Shown here: one piece after another, positions 13,671 to 25,931 of the stretch | Numbering within the stretch: the stretch's first letter is position 1 | How the letters are laid out: each line of letters opens with the position of its first letter | From: Octopus sinensis | Taxonomy: Eukaryota | Length of the DNA: 64,000 nt | Direction: 5' to 3' | Assembly: GCF_006345805.1 (NCBI RefSeq) | Contig: NC_042998.1 | Location: 50,468,001 to 50,532,000, forward strand | Translations under genes and position numbers: made by a program | The notes under the pieces: model-generated | The model's database searches: none | Told to the model about the DNA's origin: nothing | The model's input: only the letters and a program-made list of their open reading frames with translations

Positions 13671-15029
13671 TTTAGAAAGAAATAATATAGGTCTTATATG
13701 AGAGACTGAAGAATGAACTTTTAAGCTCGAAATATGGTCTGTAAGGTTATTATCCTCTTTTTTTAGTTTTGTTTTCCTTTCTATTTTTTCATTTCATCTG
13801 TTTATATGAAACAGGATTTCTTAGAACTATAAATATTATGATATATCACTCCCATAGCTGTTTCAAAGGACAGTGACTTAATGCACAGCCACCTTACGTA
13901 CCAAAAACAAATTACAGCCACTGTCTTTCATTATTTAATTTCTAAATCGTTTTTGCAAACTCTCTCCTTGGTACTCAAGGAACGGGTCGTTAATAGGTCA
14001 AAGTTATAAACACTAGTAAACCTGCTCAAAAAAATGGATTTCCAGGATATCAACATTACTGTGGAGCCTGTCGTGGTAAATGTATTCAGTTCCTTCTCAC
14101 TCAACTAGCGACAGGTTGCTGACAGTTGGTAAATATGCGTATATTTTACAGTTATGGGAGTGTATCCCCCAACGCACTCCCACGTTGATAAGAACACCTC
14201 TTTTCGGGATATGTGTGTGTGCGCGCTCTTGTTTGTATGTCTCTGTGTGTGCGCACGTGCTTGTGTGTATGTGTGTGTGCGCGCACTTGTGTGTGTGTGT
14301 ACGTGTGTGTGTGTAATTGACAAAGTGCTTTTCTAGAAGACACTTTTCTTCAATCTTGTTATCAATTCCATCACCATTTGGGGGATAAATTCTTTGGAAA
14401 ATATATTGGTACCGCTAATCTTACTTCTTATTTCTTCCAAGCACATTATTCGGACTACCATTTTTACTCGCATCACCCAATCTCTTTCTCTTAACTGCTT
14501 TAGATTTTCTCACAATCTATTATTGAACCATCAGTAATACCAGAAAATATCAGGATGGACGATATTATTCACCACTCAAGAAACAGCATTGCATTGAAAG
14601 AATGGATCATCTGAGATAACGTCGTTCCACAGTTTGCTATGTCATCTGATTAAAATCAATAGCAATAATTTATTCATTTTCTAGGTACATAGAAACATTT
14701 GCACTGGAGGATACTTATGAGAAATTTCTTTTGTATGGTAAATTCAATAAACCTCAGAACCTAGATCACATTTAAACATTTGTCAATGCACAATGTGTTA
14801 GTACTTCTGCTTTCCATCTGACATTTGAACCATCACACGATCCAATTATTTGGTAATGTATTTGTAAAATTACATCACTGATTTCACTAAACTCACAAGT
14901 CCAAACTTGTTATACGCTTTTGTGCTAAGTGTGTGGTTATAAAGTGCGATTTAGTAACTGTCTACGTGCAGCCCGTGTCTGAGTCTTTAAATAATGCATG
15001 GTTTATCACCACACTCTTAAGATCGGTGT

Positions 15030-16667
15030 CTGTTTAGTATAGTTGGAAAAGAGCTATCCGGCATAATTTAGGTAGATCATTCCAAAATTTGATTTTGTTT
15101 TCAATTAGACGATCTGTTCTACAGGATATATAGAAACTGCTGAGAAATGATATGCCTATAGTCCCATGGCTCTTGTTCTTTCTAACTACATTGACCTCTA
15201 AAAGGTTTTCTTTCCTATTTTCGATTCTCAGTACAAACAACTAGTCTGTATCAGGTGAATGTCTGGAATTATTTTCTTCTGCTAAGATTAAAATATCTGT
15301 ATGAAGCAATCCTCTATTATAACACTTTCCGATACACAATTTCTTTTCCTAGGTGATCCTCATTAAGCAAATCATAAAGAAACTGTTTCAGCTTTTGAAC
15401 ATAACCTTCTTACCGTGATGTCTGGCCGATCGCTTGACTTTTAATCTGGGCTATCCTAATTTCTTTCAGTTTGGATTTGTTGTAAAGGAATAAAGATGTC
15501 CGGTTTTTCTAAAGTATCTAGCGATACTGGTGGAATTTTAAAATACCTCCACATTTTAACTAGGTGGTTCATACAAATTCACTGCAATATGATTCACTTC
15601 TCTGCTATGATTTCATCGTCCCCATCCACATTTATATTTGTCTTTATATTTGTCCGTATAAATAGCTCTATTTCTTTCTTTCTTTTTATTTTTGCTATGT
15701 ATAAGATACATTAATCTTTGCTTTTTTTTTACCATAACAAAGTAACCAACTGCATATTGCTACTAAACTCACCTCGACTTCAGAATTGTATCAAAATCTG
15801 GTAAAGTCCAGTAATGCTGCTATCTGTAGCAGTATTAATATATGTAACTTCAGTAGTGAATGCGGCAGTGGTACTGTTTCGCTTTCATTTAATCGGGCTG
15901 TAGTCATACGGTTTCTTTTAGCTGCCGGGCAGATGCTTTTTCCGTTTTGCTTTCTTTGCATCAGGCATCAATCAAACGGCTTCTGTTTAGCTGCCGGGTG
16001 AGTGTTTCTTTATCTTTCTCCCATCACTTGTACGTTGATGTCATTTTCATTCAATAGTACTACTGTAGAAATCTGCATGTTACTTCTGATACTCATTATA
16101 TTCGTTATGTATCTATTTGTGTCAAAAGGAAACATGATTTCGCAATGAAGAACATTCCTAACTTCGCTCGAAGCATCAAACTGTTCTGCAGCAATCTGAC
16201 TACGTATATAAACAACTATATCAAAACTGTCTTTTGTCTTATTGAACCCCAAACCGTCACATCGTTTGCAATGATCATTATATAATACCCTTCAGGCTTA
16301 TTATTTGGCTTCTTTTCAGCTCCCGTTGCCAATATAAGTTCATTCTGCTCGGTTAAGATTGAAGTATCTGACGCATGGATTGACTCGATGTTAGCAATTT
16401 TATAAGTTAACATTACGCCAGTATTTAGATGGGATTCGTATATCGGTCTGTTCACCGTCTTATAATGTCGTAAGCAAAAATCTGTGTAAAGTTTAGTCCC
16501 TCGTTTTCGGATGACGTATGTGATCCATTTACGTGATAAATATTTCCTTAAAATTTCAATGTGGGGCTATAATTTCTATAACTTGATTTTGCCATTTTCT
16601 GATACGTAGTGTAGACATCGGCATGGCATTGTTGTACTTGAACTTGAGAGAAGAAAGCTCACTCATC

Positions 16668-16722
<55 letters not shown>

Positions 16723-17200
16723 TTCCTGGAAGGCCCAGTAGTGGTTCAAGCTTAATATTACCTTTAACGCACAGTAGTTTGTTACCTTATCTTGAAATGT
16801 TGCTTCATAACAAAAGCTACAACCGTCTCCATTGTTTTCGCCGAAAAGTTTTGGTTTTTGACAGCATGCTTAAAAAGTATTTGACTGTTATTGACCTTGA
16901 CAATATTCTTAGAAAGAAACATAATAAACAACGGTAGCTATCTTTGTTTTATTTCAAGGTTTCCTCAAAGCAGTATTGAAGAATTACAATTTCTACTGGC
17001 TTTCGGGTGAGTTCTCCTATCTGCTTCATTTCCATTTCAACGGACTCTTGTCTTGCGGTTTTTGTTACTGCCTGGTGATTTTTCCTTCACGTTTTGTTTT
17101 CTTGCAATCAAGCTTCATTCATATGTTTTCCGTCAGCTTGTAGGTGAATGGTTCTTTAGTTTTTTTGTCTTCATTTGCAAACTGATGCCGTTTCTTTCTT
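15030..17200 (-). pseudogene. Decayed intronless ORF of unknown family
   Basis: Successive minus-strand open stretches joined by frameshifts and stops, including ORF-track 16216-16455, 16010-16252 and 15034-15240; interrupted by (GA)n at 16673-16717. Confidence 0.4.
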
Positions 17201-17413
17201 TGCTGCAACGTACTAAAAGCTGAAATTTTATCTGTTTATATTTTTTAAAAATCATTTAAAAGAATTTTGAAAAGATTTATTTTTGGAAATTCTAGAAAGT
17301 AAGAAAACTTCTCTGTTACAACTAACGTTTCACTTTTCATAGGTGCCAGGATAAGGTATTAAAATTGAGTTTATATATACATGTGTGCTTATATATATGT
17401 GTGTGTGTGTGCG

Positions 17414-17464
<51 letters not shown>

Positions 17465-17800
17465 TACTTGTACATAAATTCTATATTTAGAAGGACTCAT
17501 TTTATATTCTGTTGGATTTTACTCATAAGGTATTGGAATCTTACATATATACCATTCTACCTAAAAATGGATCTACAACTTCAATATCCCTACGTATCTC
17601 ACATCTATTTACTTTCCTCCACCTCTCTCTCTATTTTGTATCCTATCTAAACTAACTATGACTTAACCATCCTCTTACACCATCTCCAATGAAGGGATAT
17701 AATAAATAAATATCCTGGAAACAGCTGTAAGACATTCTATCTATAAATGTTCTAATATCTACACACCCTTGGTCTTTTATCCCATTACGCAAAATATTCT
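17465..17800 (+). mobile_element. PLE-type terminal repeat with a decayed hammerhead (17683-17732)
   Basis: tct-CCAATGA-ag-ggatat...atatcc-tg-GAAA-cagctg-TA-aga; helices intact, core mutated. Confidence 0.55.
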
Positions 17801-17813
17801 ATATCTATATCTA

Positions 17814-17860
<47 letters not shown>

Positions 17861-17872
17861 AATCTATCTATC

Positions 17873-17922
<50 letters not shown>

Positions 17923-17926
17923 CCTG

Positions 17927-17967
<41 letters not shown>

Positions 17968-18041
17968 ATATCTCTATCTCTCTCTCTCTCTCCTCTCTCT
18001 CTCTATATTATATAATATATATATATATATAGAATAATATA

Positions 18042-19392
18042 ATAATATAATAAGAGTAATAATTTCTATAAAGGCTTTTAAAAAAACCCAATTATTTACT
18101 TGTAGAATTCGGTATATAAATATAGCCGATTACCGGCAGGAACTTCTGTAGAGTTCAGTATATATATTGTATATAAAAAAGGGGACAGGCAACAGGTTGC
18201 TTGACCGCATACCGAAAAAATAGAAATAGCAGTCAAGAATGCTTATTTCTATCAAAGTTGGACTCCGGGCACGACAACCCTGTAATTCACATATGCAAAA
18301 CAGAAGGAATAGATAACGAAAACGAAGTCTGGTGGTTATCTGTGAACATCATGTTTCTGGATTATAAACATATTGAATATATATTTCATATATATTTTTG
18401 ATATATATTTCATATACATTGCATATATATTTCACATCCTTCTTCAGCACAGCTTTCCATTGAAAAAGATTTATCATAGATTTATCAAATGCTACGTACC
18501 TCAAACCTTCTGACCATGCGACATCAAAATATTTGAAGAAAGTGAGCAAAAGCTAAACCTACATAGACGTTTGAATTCGTAAATCTTCCCTCCAAAATTT
18601 TGCCATGCGCACTACAAAAATAGTTCCATAAGATTGGGAACTATTAGGTTGTCATAAGGGAGTGAAAAATCCAAATAGTAATATAATAATAAGAGTAAAT
18701 AATTTCTATAAAGGCTTTTAAAAAAAACCCAATTATTTACTTGTAGAATTCGGTATGTAAATATAGCCGATTACCGGCAGGAACTTATATACAATATATA
18801 TACTGAACTTTACAGAAGTTCCTGTCGGTAATCGGCTATATTTACATACCGAATTCTACAAGTAAATAATTGGGTTTTTTTTTAAAGCCTTTATAGAAAT
18901 TATTTACTCTTATTATTATATTACTATTTGGATTTTTCACTCCCTATGACAACCTAATAGTTCCCAATCTTATGGAACTATTTTTGTAGTGCGCATGGCA
19001 AAATTTTGGAGGGAAGATTTACGAATTCAAACGTCTATGTAGGTTTAGCTTTTGCTCACTTTCTTCAAATATTTTGATGTCGCATGGTCAGAAGGTTTGA
19101 GGTACGTAGCATTTGATAAATCTATGATAAATCTTTTTCAATGGAAAGCTGTGCTGAAGAAGGATGTGAAATATATATGCAATGTATATGAAATATATAT
19201 CAAAAATATATATGAAATATATATTCAATATGTTTATAATCCAGAAACATGATGTTCACAGATAACCACCAGACTTCGTTTTCGTTATCTATTCCTTCTG
19301 TTTTGCATATGTGAATTACAGGGTTTGTCGTGCCCGGAGTCCAACTTTGATAGAAATAAGCATTCTTGACTGCTATTTCTATTTTTCTATTT
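18042..19392. repeat. Large palindrome (arms ~18207-18786 / 18815-19392) plus a direct repeat 18042-18145 = 18679-18786
   Basis: Near-identical reverse-complement arms; the same 66-aa ORF appears on both strands (18349-18549 - and 19052-19252 +). Confidence 0.9.
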
Positions 19393-19403
19393 CTATTTTT
19401 TTT

Positions 19404-20487
19404 AGTTGGGTACACGAACCGACGCGCATGCGTACGTATATACATACACGCATACAAGACGAAGTGAATCTCTATGCGTGTGGGCAGAAATATGTATACA
19501 CCTGCATTCACGCCCACAACCACGCACATGTGCGTGGGTGTGGGTGCGTGGGTGTGAGTGAATGCAGGTGTATACATATACGTACGTATGCGCGTCGGTT
19601 CGTGTACCCAACTACATGCGCCTTTTCCCATATATATCTGTATATGTTTACACGAGAGTACGTATGTATGCTTGTGTGCGTGTTGTTGCGTATGCGTGCG
19701 TATATGTACGCGTGTCTATGGGTGTATGTATCCATGCGTATACGTATGTACATGATGACCACTTGATACGTTACGAGGAACTAGATAAGCGGTTTAACCA
19801 AACAACTCTAATTTACAATACACTAGGTCCCCAGACGCCCCGATTGATTTATGACACCCACGGCTTCTACAACCAGAATTTGCCATTTTCCTGACCACCA
19901 TGTTGGTCCGTAACAACTTTATATCCCTTATCCTTATATTCTTTTACATTTCTATATTCTTATATCCTTTATATTTCTGATAATTTTTTAATATTTTTTT
20001 ATAACTTTATATCTTTATATTCATTTATATTTTTTTATATCTCTTTATATCTTTATACTCTATATTTTTATATTTTTCTATACTTATATTCTTATTTTTC
20101 AGATTTTTATATTTTTTATCCTTCGTCCTGAATTCTCGCCCCTCCATCTTTATCCCTATTTACTCTTATTACCAGGTTCCTTCACGTATGTCTGTATTTA
20201 TATATGTATATATTTATTTATTCATTTATTTATATTACCTCAACATCCAAAGGACGAGATGGACGCTTCATTTTTATGCTGTTGCCGCATTATGTCGTAC
20301 GCGAATGAGAGGATTTGCATCCCCAACGTAGAATCTTTGATGTAATACATGTCCTTGAGGTAGTAATTGTGCGCGGCTGAAGAAGGCCATAGACACACAT
20401 TATGCATTGTTATAAATCCGTCTAATAAAGGCCCGAAACATATGTACCGCTGAATCCTTGGCATCATGTTTTTATTATGATTAATTT
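19404..20487 (+). mobile_element. Non-coding PLE-type element with a terminal hammerhead; same family as 49640-51476
   Basis: Near-identical to 50694-51476 plus the purine-pyrimidine alternating block; internal hairpin 19403-19614. Confidence 0.85.
20373..20450 (+). ncRNA. Minimal type-I hammerhead ribozyme
   Basis: gcgg-CTGAAGA-aggcc...ggccc-GAAA-catatg-TA-ccgc; A-C mismatch at the base of helix II. Confidence 0.75.
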
Positions 20488-20539
20488 ATATATATATATA
20501 AGTAGATAAATGGTACAACAAGGCACCAATATTTACTGG

Positions 20540-20765
20540 AAATGTATATATAAAATGTGACCGCGTGTGTACCGTTGGCGATTTTTTTTCTCCGTCTTCC
20601 CTTCTTTGGATCTTTCCTTTTCCTATGTTTCTAACGAAGAGCTCCGCTCGAAACGTTAAACCCTCCTTCTTACCTTCTTTCCTGACCATCCAATAATACT
20701 ATACTTGTTCCACGTCCTCGCGTTGTTGTATTTTCTCTTTGTGTTTTCATGTTTGGATTAACTAT
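20540..20765 (+). mobile_element. PLE-type terminal repeat with a decayed hammerhead (20628-20660)
   Basis: ttt-CTAACGA-a-gagc-tcc-gctc-GAAA-cg-TT-aaa (G5A); homologous to 4815-5040. Confidence 0.6.
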
Positions 20766-21264
20766 ATATATATATATATATAGCAGAGCTAATGGTGAGG
20801 GATTATCAATATGGGCAAAATACGTCATAAGCTCTCTGTTGTCATCCCAAGCTAACAATATAGTTTAAATTTGTGGAAGACTCCAACTATTTTTATGGCA
20901 GGATTTGAGCTACAATTCTATATTGTAAAGCCGTGATTTACAATATATTCTATATTGTACCGCAGTGTAAATTAGTGCAGATTGTAAGAGGTCCCGAGCA
21001 ATCGATATCAGTGCAGTTGATACTGTACCTATTTGTTTTTCTCTGTTTTGTTTTTTTTGCGTGGTCCTAGTTCAGTAATTGCTGGTCAGTATTATATAGG
21101 GTTTTCAGGGTTTACCTCTATTGTGTTTAGCTATTTAATTCGTTTAGCACGTATTAGGTCCGTCTTTAGGATTCGCGTTTTTAATGGTTTTACTTTTGGT
21201 TTGTCTAGTTTCCCATGTTTGATTCCCCGTTATCCCTGCTTTCTTTTGTTCTACTTCAATTTCT

Positions 21265-21540
21265 AATTTTTTTATCTTTTACTTGTGTCAGAATTTGATT
21301 CGGCCATTCTGGGTTACCGTTTTGAAGGGTTTTAGTCGAACAAATCGACCCCGGATATTTTTTCTTCCGCCTAGTACTAATTTCATCGGCATCTTTTGCC
21401 GAACCGCTAAGTTACAGGGATGTAAACACACCAACACCGATCAAACAGCGATGGGGGACAAACACAAGCACAAAGACATACACACATAGAAATATACATT
21501 CATACATACATACATACATATATACATACATGCACGCATG

Positions 21541-21587
<47 letters not shown>

Positions 21588-21717
21588 CAGGTTTCTTTCC
21601 TTTTCCGTCCACCAAATCCAAACACAAGGCTTTAGTTGGTCCGCGGCTATAGCAGAAGACATTGTTTCGCGCAGTGGGACTGAACGGGGAGTTATGTGGT
21701 TGGGAAGCAAGCTTCTT
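21265..21717 (-). mobile_element. SINE-A split by an insertion; rest of the head at 23864-23901
   Basis: Stops at ...tgggaagcaagcttctt and resumes as ggaagcaagcctcttaccacacagccacgcctgcacct. Confidence 0.88.
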
Positions 21718-23863
21718 TATTTCATTATGTTGGCCACAAAGGCCTCACATAGAGAAATAAAGCTGCGGTCTGGACACAGACATAATGTCATATAAAATGA
21801 TGATTAAGATGATGATCGTTGTTTCCAGAGAACATTGATCTCTTATATATCATTCGTGAGGCAACAAACCTCTTACACTGTTCACAATATTCAATAACAA
21901 AATGAGGCACTAAGCCTCTTACCTTTTTTTCCCAACTAGGAACTTTCAATAACACAGGCTTTTCAACCTCTTTTTCATATTCCTCCCCAACATCGCTTGT
22001 GACCACATACACCGCCATCATCCACGCCTCATTCAAGCACAAAGCGTGTGCCGTGTCGGCGTCGCCCGGCCACAAGGGATATTCTTCATTGAGTCCCTCC
22101 AGCCTACGCAACACAGGCAAGGTAATGACCTCCACAGCTATCTGCGGAGGCCATTCGGGATTCCGTGTGCAGGCTAAAGGTACTCCCATATGGTGCTTTT
22201 CCAACACTTTCGCCACCTCTCCGCTTCTGTAGAAGAAAACCAATAATTCGTCTTCCTCCAGAGACGCAGTAGTCACTTCTACCGTCGGCGGCACAATTCC
22301 TACCGACGGTGTCTCTTCCTCTACCGGTGGGACAACCCCACGGACGAGGTTCTGGGACATTCCGGTACTATGTCACCGGCAGCCAGCAATGTCCTGTTTC
22401 TCTTCCTCTTCCTCATTTTTTCTACAACTGAAGGAGGGCGCGTCTCCTCCGTGACCGGTAGATTCGCCTCCCCTCCCTCATCTCTAGGATCCTTCAGTGA
22501 GCACCCATTGCTGCTCACCTTCTTCCTCTTGTGGCCCTTCTTTGGGGAGTCCTCCGCCTCCTCGGCCGCCTTCGTTCCCTCTTCTACAGAGGTCTCAACC
22601 AACTGCTCCAGGACCTTACTTTGTTCCTGGGGACAATTTTTCTTTAGATGGCCAAGCTCCAGGCACCGATGACACCTGGGGTGGGGGGTGACCCTCAAGA
22701 ATCACCGGGTACCTGCACACGGCCATTTAAAAAAAATCTGATATAACCAGATTCTTGGCTGATTGGGTCCACAGGGTCAAAACAGCTTTTGACCCAACCC
22801 AATCAGCCGCAGGCAAAATTTTCACATTGAGGAGCTTGGCTCCGCTGCCACCCAGACCCCGTCAGATAGTCTCCTCTATCCACTCGGGTTCTATCCCGGG
22901 TGGCAACCAGCAGACCCAAGCTCTTGTTAACTTCATCCCACAATACGTGGGAAGTAACAAAATCTCTTTGCCCACGACGGGCTAGCTCGCAAATTTGCGA
23001 GCCTCCTCAGGGGTGTCAAATAGCAACCACACCGTTGCATACTTGACCCCACTGGAGATGAATTTAATAGTTGGCAGATACTCTGCAAACTCCCTTTCAA
23101 TAATAGTCATTTGAAATAGGACGATGGTGTTGCGCGACTTGGAGTAAGTCCTTAACACCACCGTCCTCTCTTCAAAGTCTTTCATCCACTGTTTGGGTGG
23201 GACAATTTCCCAATCCAAAACATTGTCCTTTTCTTTGCTATGTTTTTTTTTAATAAAAAGTTCAAAAACTGTTCAAGATAAAAATTCAAAAAAAAAAGGA
23301 AGAAAAAGAAAGAAATCAAAAGAAAGTCACAACAAAAAGGAAGGAAGAAAACAGTTCAATAAAAAGAAAGTCACAAAAAGATAGAAGAAGGAGAAAAAAC
23401 AGTTTACAGTTCAAAAAACACAGCAAGCAAAACATTTTCTGGCCACTAGGAGATCCCGAAACACTATAACTGGAGCATAGCTTCCACAAAAATTGGTAAA
23501 GAAGTTGTTCTATCTTCAGAGAATTCTCACAATTATTTGAAAAAAACTATTCACTTAAAGTGAACAAAATTTTGGAGGAGAGATACGCCCCCTCACCCCC
23601 ACCCCCCACCACCACCACAACAACAATTCTCACAATTAAGTGAGAAAAAAATCTATTCACTTAACGTGAACAAATTTTGCCCAACTGTAGGCAGATCAGA
23701 GTTCAGAATCCAGTGAGGACCCCACTGAACCCCAAAAAAACAAAAGTCTTACCTTACAGTTGAGCTTGCTGAGCTTCTTTTTCATTCAATATTTCGCCAG
23801 CTCTACACCAGCGTGGCGATTTCTTCCAGTGGTACGAACAACACTGACTACAAGGCATGCGCA
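21718..23863 (-). mobile_element. ORF1-only Tx1/L1-type retroposon (HAL1-like) with a 15-bp TSD
   Basis: TSD ggaagcaagc(t/c)tctt at 21703-21717 and 23864-23878; single gag-like ORF; no endonuclease or RT between the TSDs. Confidence 0.8.
21788..23218 (-). pseudogene. Disrupted ORF1 (~480 aa) with a CX2CX4HX4C zinc knuckle
   Basis: Reconstructed ...PTYCGMKLTRAWVCWLPPGIEPEW...EGHPP-RCHRCLELGHLKKNCP...; 3 premature stops and 2 frameshifts by manual translation. Confidence 0.8.
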
Positions 23864-24494
23864 GGAAGCAAGCCTCTTACCACACAGCCACGCCTGCACC
23901 TTTAATATTTGATTTTCCCTTCAAAATCCTACCAGAATGCAGAATGCTATATGGAAATCCATTGTTTCGTTTTTGGATGTAAAGTGTGCGTGTAAAACAT
24001 ACATGTAGAAGCGTTCATGCCATTTCCGCTTTTTCATCGTTTGGATTGTCACCATTTTCTCTGGCGACTGTTTAATATGTTTGTTAACTTTTGTACGCTC
24101 TCTTTATGCAGGAAATTCAAGGTATGTATCCTCACTTAGACCTTCGACTGAGTTATAAACTTTTTTTTATATTGCTTGTCTTCTTTCTTTCCTGGTGATG
24201 ATATGAACCGTATTCTGATAGTCTGTTTACACGTGTTTTCAGATTGCAAACCACTACGAACATTTCTACTTCATTAATTACAAGTGAAAATCAATAAATT
24301 TTACAAGTTTTACTTTTACAGTCATTCAGTATATTCGACATTCATTTTATTTGATTCACTCTTTTTAATCAGCATTATTATATATTTATAGGTGCCTCAA
24401 AAGTAATCTCCTCTTATATAATATATTCCAGTATTTGTTAATGTTATTATCATTTTTATTATTATTATTATTATTATTGTTGTTGTTGTTGTTG

Positions 24495-24698
24495 TTAGGT
24501 GCAAGGCCTGAAAATTTAATGGAGTTGGGATAGTCGATTACATCGACCCCAGTGCATAAGTGGTACGTAATTTATCGACCCCGAAAGGATGAAAGGTGAA
24601 GTCTACCTCGGCGGAATTTGAATTCAAAACGTAGCGTCAGGCGAAATACTGCTGAGTATTTCGACCGGCGCGCTAACGGTTCTGCCAGCTCACCGCCA
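24495..24698 (-). mobile_element. SINE-B
   Basis: atcgaccccgaaaggatgaaagg...cggcggaatttgaattc...ctaacggttctgccagctcaccgcc. Confidence 0.85.
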
Positions 24699-24736
<38 letters not shown>

Positions 24737-25342
24737 CAGAAGAAGAAGAAGAAGAAGAAGAAGAAGAAGAAGAAGGAGATATTTTAAGTACTTTGCCATC
24801 GCTTATAATTTCCTCCATACATACATACCGCTTTAGTGTCCGCCTGTCTGTCTGTCTGTACTTGCTACATATTGTTCCACCACCACCACTACCACCATCC
24901 ATCTCCTTCAATCACGAAACATTACTTTCAAATACTTAAATACTTCGAGGAGAATAACCAATAAAATTATATAGAAATATGGTGCGTGACCTTCAGAAAA
25001 TGCAGCCCTACGCTTCCGAGGCGTAAAAGTCACACGTGATTAGCATTGAACAATCAAATCATTGCTACAATTTCCAATCGATACTTTAACATAATTATTT
25101 GCGCCATAAATTACTGATTTTCATCTATACAAACTCACACAAGGAATTCTTTATATTCTGCTTGCCACCAGATGTGACTAAATTTTACAATTTCACTTCA
25201 TTTCTCTTGAATTGCAGTGTCTAGCAAAAATTGAGAGGAGGGGGTGAATTAATAAACATGAAGAGGTTTGCTCTTTACATGACAATCATTACATCATTAA
25301 GACAAGTGTGTATGTCAACACAACGAAAAGAGAAGAGAAAAT

Positions 25343-25627
25343 CTATAGTGGGAAAGGTACAGAATTGTTACGCATCGTCTGCAGTTCTTTTTCGATAGAT
25401 TTTGTGGTGTTTTTCAGACTGTTGTCTAAAGAGAAACCGTTCCATGCAGACTGGTTGTAGACTTCTGTCTCCTTTAAAAGGTTTAATTTCATAGAAAAAC
25501 GTCTGCAATGAACTGATATTAAAGCTAGTAGAAACAATTGCAAGAGATAGCGCTGTGTGTACTGGAAGTTAGCCTTCGAGAGAAGAGACATTAGCAAAAT
25601 GTGATAAATGAGGTAGGATAGATGGGG
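25343..25627 (-). CDS. Candidate host exon encoding a signal-peptide-like segment and N-glycosylation sites
   Basis: Polypyrimidine tract + CTGTAG acceptor ending at 25628; open in phase 0; MSLLSKANFQYTQRYLLQLFLLALISVHC-RR...NQS...NTT...NNS; donor site weak. Confidence 0.4.
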   Translation of the reverse strand, partial: PHLSYLIYHILLMSLLSKANFQYTQRYLLQLFLLALISVHCRRFSMKLNLLKETEVYNQSAWNGFSLDNSLKNTTKSIEKELQTMRNNSVPFPL

Positions 25628-25931
25628 CTACAGAACAGAAAACGGCAAACGAAAGAGGACAATATTCCTTCCCACAACTACACCCCCCGCCCCACACACA
25701 CACCCTAATTTCATTTGTGGAGTTTTCAATGAGGACTATTTAAAACTCGGACTGCGCGCCAAGTTACACTGTTAGTGTGCATGAGTCGGGAGGCCCTGCT
25801 GCTTCCGATATTACATGATGTTATATGGATGCCAACAATTTCATTGTCACTTTCATTTTTGTTCTCGTCGTTATCACCGTGGCCGTCAGCATCGATGTAG
25901 TTGTAGTTTTAAGCTTCAATTATTTCATGTA

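Noticed and set aside
18349-18549. Duplicated 66-aa ORF as a gene pair
   Set aside because: It is a by-product of the palindrome; low complexity and no motif.
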